Of a stretch of 64,000 nucleotides of DNA, positions 1 through 11,191 are shown piece after piece. The translations under genes and the position numbers were made by a program. Source of the stretch: Convolutriloba macropyga (Eukaryota). Where the stretch lies: contig NC_134476.1 in assembly GCF_964194025.1 (NCBI RefSeq), positions 34,410,001 through 34,474,000 of the forward strand, given 5' to 3'. Within the stretch, counting starts at the first letter, position 1. Each line of letters opens with the position of its first letter. The notes beneath the pieces are model-generated. The model saw only the letters and a program-made list of their open reading frames with translations, was not told where the DNA came from and ran no database searches.

Positions 1-1242
1 TTTATGTTCAAGCCGGTTTTTATTCGAGTCATATCCAATTAAGAAATATCATATAATTGTTAATTTAACTTTTTCTTCTGTTAATGCTTTGAATTTGTAC
101 GATCAAGATTTGGCCAAACTACAGATGCTCGTGCCATACTTTTATGCGATTAGTTATAATTAAAAAATTGCACACGTGCTAACTGGCGGGTGCATAACGC
201 ATTGGTGGCACAAAAGATCCCAAAAGTAAAAACAAATGCGAGTTTGTGGCTGTTTTGCATTTAATCGTTAAGACTTTATCGGCAAAAATGTGCATTGAAT
301 AAAATTGAGAACAACATTGCTTCCATTTTTATTTTTCTGTAACCGACACTACATCAACCGAATTGACCGACTGGCGACGTCCTAACTTGGCTGAAGTCAA
401 TGCAAAAATCAAAAAGCAAAAATCAATGCAAAAATCGTCAAAGTCAATGCAAAATGTTGTTTCAGCTTTTGAAGAACGACCGGTATCTTTTCTGCTAGGG
501 CCTACCGTTTAGTTTAAGGTAAAATGTACCAAAAAAGAACGCTAGTAAAAGCCTGTAGACTCAATTTCCTCAGTCAATAGTTTAAGGGGTGCTTGTAGGA
601 GTTTCGGGTTCCAGAACTGGAACTTGATGCAGTTAAAATAAGGGCTTTTTGAGCCGCCACATTGGAAAATAAGTGCGAGTTGAAAATTAGATGTGGGATT
701 GAGATGAATGGTGTTTCAGAAGGATGAAGAGCGAGCTCAATTGCCTGATAGCAACATAAAACAAATTATACTACAGTTTTCATTGGAATACCAATCTTCT
801 ACCCCTCATTTAGTAGACACACAAACGCAATTTTTTCTAGAATAATTTACTGGAAACATGGGTGCATAAAATACGAAAGGATTCTGAAGAAAGGGCCGGT
901 AATACCAACTTCATGTTCTATGCGGTACGCACAACAAAAGAAAACAAGCAAGGATCTGACGTCAACGCTTTTAATGGGCTAAACTTTAGGCATCCGGAAA
1001 AGTAGGGCACATGGGCGAATTGGACCTGGCTCTCACCAAACTTTTCCAGAAGAAGAAAGGCACCCGATACAATCTTTTATCTGCACTTCTTCCATTGGAC
1101 TCGCTTCCAAGAATGTGCTTGGTCACAAATTAGGCAAAATTACACATTCACACTCCCATTATATGTTCGCTCAGTTGAAGTTAAGTAAGTTTAAGCGCCT
1201 TTTATACATCTTTGAACACTGTTGACGAAGTTAATTAAGTTG

Positions 1243-1396
1243 TGTAATGAACTCATAAAGAACTTGACTTTTGAGCAGTCAGAACGATAATTTGAATATA
1301 GAACGTGCAAAATGAGGTAGACCAAGACAACACACCAAGACAATATGAATTGATGATTAACAACTTTAAGCAGAGTTATAGATGTAGTTGATGACA
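1243..1396 (+). repeat. 5' LTR (154 bp)
   Basis: TGTAATGAAC...GATGACA, identical by eye to 10261-10414. Confidence 0.97.
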
Positions 1397-1410
1397 TGGC
1401 GCACCAACGT
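1397..1410 (+). other. Primer-binding site, tRNA-Lys-like
   Basis: TGGCGCACCAACGT directly after the LTR; matches the tRNA-Lys(CUU)-type PBS TGGCGCCCAACGT with one extra A. Confidence 0.7.
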
Positions 1411-1507
1411 TAGAAGGCACGAACCCTTGATTGCAGCCTGCCAACACTCGAAGCTAAGTCCAAAGCCATAGCACCCCCATCATTATTTTTTCGAATAATT
1501 TTCTAAC

Positions 1508-2320
1508 ACCCCGCCGTTTTTTTTACGGACAGTACCCCCACCCAGGCAGTGGAGGTACCCCAGCCAAGTTTCGGTCTACCCAACCCACCCTCAGAGGTCG
1601 AACCCCGTGGTTTACGGACGGCACCCCCCCCCCCCCCCAACCAGGGAGCGGAGGAATCCCAGCCAAGTTTCGGTCTACCCAACCCACCCTCAGAGGTCAA
1701 ACCCCGTGGTTTACGGACGGCACCCCCCACCCAGGGAGCGGAGGAATCCCAGCCAAGTTTCGGTCTACCCAAACCACCCTCAGAGGTCGAACCCCGTGGT
1801 TTAAGGACGGAACCCCCCAACCAGGGAGCGGAGGAACCCCAGCCAAGTTTCGGTCTACCCAACCCACCCTCAGAGGTCGAACCCCGTGGTTTACGGACGG
1901 CACCCCCCAACCAGGGAGCGGAGGAATCCCAGCCAAGTTTCCGTCTACTGAACCCACCCTCAGCGGTCGAACCCCGTGGTTTACGGACGGCAACCCACCA
2001 ACCAGGGAGTGGAGGAATCCCAGCCAAGTTTCGGTCAAACCAACCCCCCCTCAGAGGTTGAACCCCGTGGTTTACGGACGGCACCCCCCACCCAGGGAGC
2101 GCAGGAACCCTAGCCAGCTTTCGGTCTACCAAGCCCACCCTCAGAGGTCGAACCCAGTGGTTTACGGACAACACCCCCAACTAGGGAGTGGAGGAACCCC
2201 AGCAAAGTTTTGGTCTACCCAACCCATCACCAGAGGTTAAACCCCGTAGTTTTTCGGACGACACCCCCAACCAGGCAGTGGAGGCGCCCCAACCAAAGTT
2301 GAGTCTACCCAAACCACCCT
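1508..2320 (+). repeat. Tandem array, 90-bp unit, about 9 copies (inside BEL element)
   Basis: CAGCCAAGTTTCGGTCTACC-type motif recurs at about 1561, 1660, 1750, 1840, 1930, 2021, 2111, 2200 and 2290; C-rich plus strand. Confidence 0.95.
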
Positions 2321-2356
2321 TCTCCGGTCACTCGGCAATTCCACCCGCAAGCGGCA

Positions 2357-3480
2357 TTCCCCAGCCTAGTTTTTCCTGGCCAACCAGGATTCCCCACCAG
2401 CAACTACCAACCTGTAGCAGCATTCTGCAGCAGTTTTTCCTGGCTAACCAGGTTTCTCAGCAGCAGCAAGCAACGACAAGCGTCTTTCCCCAGCCTAGTT
2501 TTTCCTGGCCAACCAGGATTCCCCACCAGCATCTTCTAACCAGCAGCAGCAATCTGTAGAAGTTTTTCCTAGCTAACCAGGGTTCTCAGCAGCAGCAAGC
2601 AACGACAAGCGCCTTTCCCCAGCTAGTTTTTCCTGGCCAACCAGGATTCCCCACCAGCATCTACCAACCAGCAGCAGCAATCTGCAGAAATTTTCTTGGC
2701 TAACCAGGGTTCCCAGCAGCATCTATCAAGAAGAAGCGTTATTCCCCAGCCTAGTTTTTCCTGGCCAACCAGGATTCCCCACCAGCATCTACCAACCTGC
2801 AACAGCATTCTGCAGCAGTTTTTCCTGGCTAACCAGGTTTCTCAGCAGCAGCAAGCAACGACAAGCCTCTTTCCCCAGTCTAGTTTTTCCTGGCCAACCA
2901 GGATTCCCCACCAGCATCTACCAACCCGCAGCAGCAATCTGCAGAAGTTTTTCCTGGCTAACCAGGGTTATCAGCAGCAGCAAGCAACGACAAGCGTCTT
3001 TCCCCAGCTAGTTTTTCCTGGCCAACCAGGATTCCCCACCAGCAGCTACTAACCAGCAGCAGCAATCTGCAGAAGTTTTCCTGGCTAACCAGGAATCCCG
3101 GCAGCATCAAGCAAGAACAAGCGTTATTCGCCAGCCTAGTTTTTCCTGGCCAACCAGGATTCCCCACCAGCAGCTACCAACCAGCAGCAGCAATCTGCAG
3201 AAGTTTTCCTGGCTAACAGGAGTTCCCAGCAGCAGTAAGCAACTACAAGCGTCTTTCCCCAGCCTTGTTTTCCTGGCCAACCAGGATTCTTCATCAGCAG
3301 CTACAAACCAACAGCAGCTTTGTGCAGCAGTTTTACTGGAGAACCAGGGTTCCCAGCAGCAGAAAGCAACGGCAAGCGTCATTCCCCAGCCTTGTTTTCC
3401 TGGCCAACCAGCAGCCACCAGCCAAGAGCAGCATTCTGAAGCAGCTTTCCTGGCTAACTAGGATTTCCAACAGCAGCAAC
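2357..3480 (+). repeat. Tandem array, about 129-bp unit, about 9 copies, each with two CCTGG-CYAA-CCAGG hairpins
   Basis: Unit starts at about 2361, 2490, 2619, 2746, 2875, 3003, 3131, 3258 and 3385; CAG-rich; units 1-3 resemble units 4-6 (higher-order repeat). Confidence 0.95.
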
Positions 3481-3566
3481 CCAAATCCACTTCACCTGAG
3501 CACCCAGAATCTTTCCTCTACATCATAACTCACTTATTGTCTCGACGTCCACTGACTATATGTGAC

Positions 3567-4184
3567 ATGCGATATCATCTTTTCAAGTCTTCGAAAACGA
3601 AGTTCATATTGATCACAGATTCGCAGGGAAGACATTTCGAATCTGGAAACCTGAATATAGTATCTCTTCCCGGCGCAACCATCAAAGACGTATATAACTT
3701 TGTTCCCCCTATCAATCAGTACTGTAAAATTATACTGTTTATTGGCGGTAACGACTTGTATAACGGCTGCAAACCTTCAGACAAAACACCAATTGACATC
3801 GCAAATCAGTTGATTGAACTCGCAAATTTTTTGATCGAAAGAACCAAAGAAGTATACCTCATAGGAATACCAGAACGAAACGAAAACAAACAGCGATCAG
3901 CAGCCGTTAACGAAATCCTCGAGAAAGTGTCCAACAGAACTCGTAGTCACAAACCCTCAGTCAACTGGAAGTATAGAGGAATCAGTCAGCATATATCAGG
4001 CGCTAAATACTTCAATCCTAAAGATCATCTTCACCTTAACGAATGTGGTCGCTCAAACCTTCACCACCTTATCAAACAAAAGATTCTGTACAAGGATTAT
4101 AACGTAATGTTGAATAACAGTGGTCACAGCAAAATTTACGAGTGTAAACGGAATTCATGTACGTGCATCTGCTCAACCTGGTAG
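3567..4184 (+). CDS. SGNH/GDSL-hydrolase (esterase)-like protein inside the BEL element
   Basis: Motif blocks in canonical order: I ILITDSQ (Ser nucleophile), II SLPGAT, III LFIGGND, V DHLH; Cys-rich tail. First ATG at 3567; frame is open from 3462. Confidence 0.85.
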   Translation: MRYHLFKSSKTKFILITDSQGRHFESGNLNIVSLPGATIKDVYNFVPPINQYCKIILFIGGNDLYNGCKPSDKTPIDIANQLIELANFLIERTKEVYLIGIPERNENKQRSAAVNEILEKVSNRTRSHKPSVNWKYRGISQHISGAKYFNPKDHLHLNECGRSNLHHLIKQKILYKDYNVMLNNSGHSKIYECKRNSCTCICSTW

Positions 4185-4228
4185 TTTCTACTTCAACTTA
4201 AATTTCACAAATCCTCTTTACATTAAAT

Positions 4229-4420
4229 GTTCACCAGGCTCTGTGAGTAGCCTCTTGAACTACTTGGGAGATAACAGATTACTTCCAAAACATCTCTACT
4301 AGCTGTCCCCAGGTTCCGTGAGGTGCCATTGGTCAGCTGGTAGAGACAGCATTGTCTTCTAACTGTCCCCAGGTTCCGTGAGGTGCCACCGGTCAGTTAG
4401 CAAGACAAATCTCCCCAAGT
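4229..4420 (+). other. Structured RNA element (three GUGA-loop hairpins) between the SGNH ORF and gag
   Basis: Stems 4229-4260 (GTTCA/TGAAC, AGGCT/AGCCT), 4293-4346 (TCTCTACTAGCTG/CAGCTGGTAGAGA) and 4352-4408 (TTGTCTTCTAACTG/CAGTTAGCAAGACAA); enclosing helix 4262-4272/4409-4420. Confidence 0.75.
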
Positions 4421-4588
4421 CAAAAGACCTCTTACATATTCAACGTAGTAATTCGGATTTCTTGTGACCAAATACCAACATCAAATCGTCCGCAAGAAAT
4501 TATAATAGACCAACACAGCCTCAATTCTTTTGAGCATACGTAAAAAGATAAAACTTTACCTACAGAGTTCTATGAAGAAAAGTTAACC

Positions 4589-7500
4589 ATGCCTGCCAAA
4601 ACCGTTGAAAGTCAGCGTAGTTTTCAAAAATATTGCGTTTCGAGCATAAACGATCTGATCGAAGACCTTTCAACTGATGAGAATCTGCCATACGACGAGT
4701 TCATAGAAGGAGAAAAGGAAGTTCAGCAGTTGCTATCTGAGCTAGAAAAGACTAATGAGTTTCTCCTACTCAATCTAGACGAATCAGAACATTGTCAGTC
4801 TTTAGATGAGACATTAGCAGTTAAACGCGACTCCCGCAGAAAACTTAACTTTGTTCGGAGAAAATTAAAAGTCAGTTCTGATCTTGTCAACAATTCAACG
4901 GATACAGAAACAAGATTACCAACAAACCTCCAACAACAAACACTACAAAACGAATCAGAACACAGAGAGATTCCGCAGGAAACTTTATCAGCTTCAACTG
5001 GTATAACACTTAGTTCCAATCAGCCGGCAACGTTTCAAAATACAGAAACATCAAACTTTTCCTTCCATGCATCAACCACAAGAAATTTGTTTGATCAAAC
5101 TACGTTTCCACAACATCAAGCCTCATTTGGTCTGGCAAATTGTCAGGATCACACTCATAGGCAACAATTTATCACTACCCCGATCTCATCAGGAACTCTC
5201 CCGACACTAAAACTTGACACCTTTAATGGCAATCCCCTCACTTGGACAGATTGGATACAGTTATTCGAGTCTGTCATTGACTCGAGGCCACTTAGCACTA
5301 CAGAAAAGATGACGCACTTACAATCACTTCTCACTGGACAAGCAAAGAGTTTAGTTAAAGGCTACGGTTGCAATGGTCAATGCTATCACCAAGCTCTAGC
5401 CGACCTGAAGAAAAAGTATGGCAAGTCTAGCGTCATCGTAAATGCGTACTTAGAAAAACTTGCATCGTTTCCGAGCCCGTCAGCCCAGCGACCCAAAATT
5501 TTGACAATTTTAGTATATTTATAAACGACTTGGTGAATACTTTTACACGCCTGGAATACGAACACGACCTCAAATCAACGATGAATACCCAAGTTGCAAT
5601 ACAGAAATTACCTTATAGTCAACTAGTTGACTGGAGCAAACATTGTGCACAACATCAGATTGAATCTCCCTCCTTAGAGCAGTTCGCCGAATGGCTCTCT
5701 TTGACTGCTCAAACCTTCGAGAATTTAGAACCTTTTTCTCGAAACAAGCTGGGCAGAAATGACTCATCAAATCCGCGGAGCAATCGTTCAAAATATGGGA
5801 ACAATCACCCTAGATATGATCAAAACCAAATTCAAGGAACATCAAGATATGTATCCACGCAAGACAAGATTTCCGACATGCAGACAACTTCAAAATTTAA
5901 CAAAGAACGTAGTCAACATCAAAGGCAGTTCAAGAGTTCTAGAAATCAGCAGCAACAATTAGAAGAAGACCAAAACGTTCCTCAAACCAGCAGAGCTTCA
6001 AAGTGTCTGTTCGAGGACGGCAACCACAGAATATACATGTGCGAAAAATTCAAAAACATGTCCGTTAAGCAGCGTAGGGACGCCATCTATCAACTCAAAG
6101 CCTGTTTCAATTGCCTGAAAATGGGTCACTCTTCAAAAGAGTGCCCTTCTACGCAGAGTTGCAGAAGTTGTAGCAAACGTCATCATACACACTTACACGA
6201 TGAGTCTAGCCAGTCAGCGAATTCAACACATTGCAGTACCGCTGGATCATCAGAACGTCCTGCACTCCTTCAGATACTCCCCGTAACACTCTCAAGGGAT
6301 GGTAAGTCAGTAAACACGTACGCCTTTCTGGACAATGGAAGCGTCGTATCAATGATGTTAACGAAAACTGCTTCCGCACTTGGAATCGTTCTTGACGAAA
6401 AAACCCAACACACAGAATTGCACAAAGGAATCCATGGAACAAAAAGTGTGTCACTCACCAACGTTAACCTTTCAATTAAAGGAATGAGTTCTAATCAAAC
6501 TTTTGATATAGAAGACGTTCAGGTTTCGGCCGACATAGAGTTTCCCCAATATAGTTTAGAATGGATTCGAAAAGTGTGTCAGGAATTTGATCACTTGAAA
6601 CATATTTCATACCCCGACGTTGACATCAATCAAATCTCTATTTTGATTGGATGCGACAATTTTGATCTCATTGCACCTAGAGAGATTCACTATGGTCCTC
6701 CAAATACCACAAGAGCTATTCAAACAGAACTTGGATGGACTGCGTCAGGGAAAACTGATCTGCCCTCAGCAGTAACATGCCAGTCTCAAATTGTCAAAAG
6801 TGAGTCTACAGAGTGCTGCGAAATTGACGACACTCTGTATAACGAAGTACTCAACTGGTACAAAGTTGAAAACTTGCCGTCCAATAAGGACGTCACAAAA
6901 TCAGAGACCGATAAACGCGCATCAGACATTTTGGAATCTACTGTAGAGTTCAAGGAAGGACGATACCACGTTGTGCTTTTATGGAAAAACAAACCCGACC
7001 TGCCAAATAACTTCACTTTAGCCTTCAAACAACTCAACGTCCTAGTTAAGCGACTAGAAAGAGACCCGGAATTGTTAGAGAAATACACGAAAACAATCGA
7101 CGAAGATCTGAAGAAGAATTACATTGAAGAAGTTCCCATAGATAAAACGACTCCAAACATTTGGCACATTCCGCATCACCCTGTCATTAACCCTAACAAA
7201 GCAAAAATAAGAAAAGTTTTGAACGCAGCATCAAAATATCATGGTGTATCATTAAATAACCAACTCATGCCAGGGCCTGACTTGATGCAAAACTTGACCG
7301 GTGTTATCTGCAGGTTCAGGCAGAAAAAAGTTGCGATATCTGCTGACCTTGAAGGCATGTTTATGCAAGTAGGTGTTCGACCACAGGACTAAAAGTTTTT
7401 AAGATTTCTGTGGAAGAAAGGCGAAAAGATAATTTGCTTCCAATTTAGAAGGCACATTTTTAGAGCAAGGTGTTCACCGACATAATGTAACTTCGCCTTG

Positions 7501-10143
7501 CGACGAACAGCGGAGGACAACTGTCAGCAGTACCCTTCAGCAGCCAAGGCAGTCTTACGTTCCTTTTACATGGATGACCTATATCACGCAACAGACACAG
7601 TCGAAGAAGCAATTTCCATTTCAAGAGATCTGAAAAATTTGCTTTTGCTAGGTGGTTTCAATTTAACCAAGTGGTCCTCCAACTCACTTGAAACAATGAA
7701 GTCAATCCCTAAAGAAGACCAGAATCCTAACGATACAAAGGAGTCTACCATTCTACCGCCTATTCCAAAATTCGGAGAAAAAGACGAACAGCCATCATCA
7801 ACTGATACCGAGAGAGTATTAGGAATACAGTGGTCTGTGTCTAGAGACTCTTTCGTTATAAACAGCAAAACATTTAAAAAAGTAGATCTAGAGAACCCCA
7901 CCCAGAGAAAGATTTTGAAGAGTGTTTCATCCATCTATGACCCAATTGGGTTTATTGCGCCCTTCACAGTGCGGTTAAGAACAATCATGCAGGACGTCTG
8001 GCGTTTAGGAAAACAATGGGACAACCTGTTACCTACCAGTTTTGATGCAACACTGAAGTCTCTAATGACAGAAATCAGAAACATTTCCAGCATCGAAATA
8101 CCACGATTTCTGTTCGAGGAGAAAAAGACACCTAAAGAATCAACTCTTCATATCTTTTGCGACGCTTCTCTAACAGCAATGTGTGCCGTAGCATATTTAA
8201 AAACAGAGTATACAGATTCAACTTGTTCAATCAATTTTATAATGGGAAAAGCAAAAGTTCCCCCGATTCGACAGCAAAGCATACCTAAACTAGAACTGGC
8301 AGCAGCTGTTATCGGAGTCCGGCTAGCCTTCTTCATAAAGCAACAGCTCGATGTAACAATTAGCAAAACGACATTTTGGTCGGTTAGCGCAACCACCCTA
8401 CAATGGATTTACAACTCCAAAGAAAGACACAAAATGTATGTAGCAAACAGGGTTGCAGAAATTCTTGAAACAACTTCACCATCAGACTGGCGTCATGTTC
8501 CAGGTGTCTTGAATCCAGCTGACGACGGAAAAAGAGGGTTGAAATTAAACGAGTTCAAACCGGATTGTCGTTGGTTTAACGGCCCACTTTTCTTGAAACA
8601 TGACCCAACAAATTGGCCTGCGACAAAAGTGCCAAATTACCCTTTAGCAGCTTCAATGGCTCTCTCAAGGGCAAACCAGCCACTCATTGACCCAAAACGG
8701 TTCTCAAGCTTTGAAAAACTTAAACGCGTTCTCGCATTTGTAATTTTGTTTATCAGCAACCTCAAAACTACAACGAAGAGTTTCCACTTGACCATAAAAA
8801 CAGTCAATATGAGCAAAACTTATCTACTCAGGCAATCTCAAGAACTCTCATTTGAGGAAGAGCTAGATTGTCTTCGCAAAGACCAAACCGTTCCAGCACA
8901 CTCAAAAATAAAAAATTTCTTGCCCTTCATTTCCGACGACGGAGTTATAAGAGCCAATGGAAGTCTTGCCAATGCAAATCAACTGGAAGAAAACTTACAA
9001 ACCCCAGTAATCCTAAGTGGCAAAGAACATATAACTTTTCTTATGCTTAGAGACATTCACAACCACAATGGACATACAGGACTCGACCATTGCCGTTTCA
9101 TTGTTCAACAGTCCTTTATTGTAATCAGCCTTCGCTCCACCTTATGAACAATAATCAACCGATGTTTCGATTGCCGTCGACAAAAAGCAGTAGCGTTGCA
9201 ACCTCAAATGTCACCCCTGCCAGACTTTAGAATTCCAAATACTGAAAACTTTAATTTTCAAAATACGGGTGTAGATTTCTTTGGTCCTTTCGCTATAAAG
9301 GCCAGCGACAACTTGTATCCAAAACGATACGCTTGCATCTTCACTTGCCTTACCACGAGAGCCGTTCATCTAGAACCAGCTTACCATTTAAGCACTGATT
9401 CCTTTATTCAAGCGATACTGAGGTTTACTGCCCGTCGAGGAAACCCTCACCTCATTGTCTCTGATAATGGTAGAAATTTCGTTGGCGCTTCTCGTGAACT
9501 CATTACAAAAGTAAACCAATTCGACCACCAGGAAATCAGTGACCGATTACTCAAAGAGACCATCGAATGGAAGTTCATCCCACCATACGCATCCCACTTC
9601 GGAGGAGCATGGGAAAGACTCGTGCAGTCCTCAAAACGAATTCTCTACTCAGTGATTGGCTCTCAAATGTTGACCGAAGAAACATTTCACTCGTTCCTAA
9701 CTCAAGTCGAAGAAATCCTGAACAGCAGGCCTTTGACTTACGTCCCAGACAACGGTTTGTCTTATCAACCAATCACGCCTAATCATTTCCTTATCGGTCG
9801 ACCTCACAAACGTTTGCCGTCAATACTATCAATCACTAAAGATTACAACAAGGACTGGAAAAGATGTATTACCCTTTCACATCAATTTTGGACACGACTC
9901 CTGCGCGAGTTCATACCCACAATGGCTAGGAGACCCAAATGGATAAAAGATCAGAAGCCTCTCGAAGTTGGTAGCCTTGTTTGGATATTGGAAGACATGA
10001 CTCCACGAAGTATTTGGCCCGTCGGTATTGTCGAAAAATTGTCTCACAGCAATGATGGAAAAGTTAGATCATGCGAAATCAGAACTGGGTTCGGGAAACA
10101 AACAAAACCAGTAAACAAATTGGCACTAGTAATTGACGACTAG
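4589..10143 (+). pseudogene. gag-pol: BEL/Pao gag-pol polyprotein, disrupted
   Basis: Gag LPTLKLDTFNGNPLTW; knuckles CFNCLKMGHSSKEC and CRSCSKRHHTHLH; protease FLDNGS; RT YMDD; RNaseH HIFCDAS/IPKLEL; integrase GVDFFGP, SDNG, WERL. Frameshift at about 5495; stops at 7390, 7483 and 9145. Confidence 0.95.
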
Positions 10144-10246
10144 GAAACGGATCATAACGTCGAAACAGGACACAAATTTAATGAACAGTAACCACATTCA
10201 CAAATTTTAACAAATCATTAACCCTTTAGGTTTTGACTACAACGCC

Positions 10247-10260
10247 AAAACGAGGGGGAC
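10247..10260 (+). other. Polypurine tract
   Basis: AAAACGAGGGGGAC directly before the 3' LTR. Confidence 0.85.
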
Positions 10261-10414
10261 TGTAATGAACTCATAAAGAACTTGACTTTTGAGCAGTCAG
10301 AACGATAATTTGAATATAGAACGTGCAAAATGAGGTAGACCAAGACAACACACCAAGACAATATGAATTGATGATTAACAACTTTAAGCAGAGTTATAGA
10401 TGTAGTTGATGACA
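10261..10414 (+). repeat. 3' LTR (154 bp)
   Basis: Identical to 1243-1396; followed by TSD AGTTG. Confidence 0.97.
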
Positions 10415-11191
10415 AGTTGTGCATATATTAAAAGGTGGCACATCTATGATTTTAAATTAGACGTATTTCAAAAAAAATTTGTTACAGATAATTCTTATCA
10501 TCAAAAACTTCTGCATTACTTTTTGTTGCTGTCATCTATAATAAGGGCTCAATATTTTGAGAAAAAATAAATAACGAGGCGCCAGCAGAAAAAAAATCCT
10601 ATGGCTAAATGGCCGCAACAAACGACAAACTAAAGTATACCAATGCGACTAATAAGAGCCCTAGCTATCGATATGTTGCTATTGAACCGTAAAACTTTCC
10701 ACATCTTCGTAAACGTCGCGATGATATTACGAACGTCCCAGTGACAACTTAACACCCTTCTTGATAAGTAATGTGCAGCACCCAAGCTCAAAACCAATTT
10801 CTGTAATAACTGAATTTAAATTAATTTTCTTAGACGTCTCTTTAACTTTTCCTTGTTAATCGGAAAGGTCAGTTCAAATCAAGAACAAATCATTCTGTCA
10901 CTAGGGACACATTTTGAACGTGCAAAAAGATTAACCCAATCAAAAAACTATTGCCCATCCTACAGTTCACCGTTGTTCATTTAACATTATAAATAGCTTT
11001 TAAAAATCATTTTAAAATAAGATTGCTGTTCAATAGAACAGTCGCATAACACTTTTAACTCATAAACAAAGCGTCGAAAAATAATAGATTGTAGTTACTT
11101 TAAAAACTAATGTTAAAAAACGCGCTGCAAGATGTCAGATCGCTTTACAAGGGTAATTTTGATTGAAAAAATCTCATTTCACAATAAGACA

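Larger units (their letters stand above)
1243..10414 (+). mobile_element. Full-length BEL/Pao LTR retrotransposon with an extra 5' module
   Basis: TG...CA LTRs at 1243-1396 and 10261-10414; 5-bp TSD AGTTG at 1238-1242 and 10415-10419; PBS and PPT present; gag-PR-RT-RNaseH-IN order with BEL/Pao motifs. Confidence 0.97.

Noticed and set aside
880-1140. Possible decayed coding sequence
   Set aside because: No recognisable motif in the plus-strand frames I translated.
1503-3418. Minus-strand and alternative-frame ORFs over the arrays
   Set aside because: By-products of GC-rich repeats with codon-multiple units.
1508-3480. CRISPR array or CRISPR-like interpretation of the tandem arrays
   Set aside because: The linkers are homologous to each other rather than unique spacers, the context is eukaryotic, and no cas genes are present.
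4229-4420. Hammerhead ribozyme
   Set aside because: The CUGANGA/GAAA core is not present.
5485-5530. Programmed -1 frameshift in gag
   Set aside because: No in-register X XXY YYZ heptamer, and the shift lies inside the gag core before the zinc knuckles; a 1-bp lesion is more likely.
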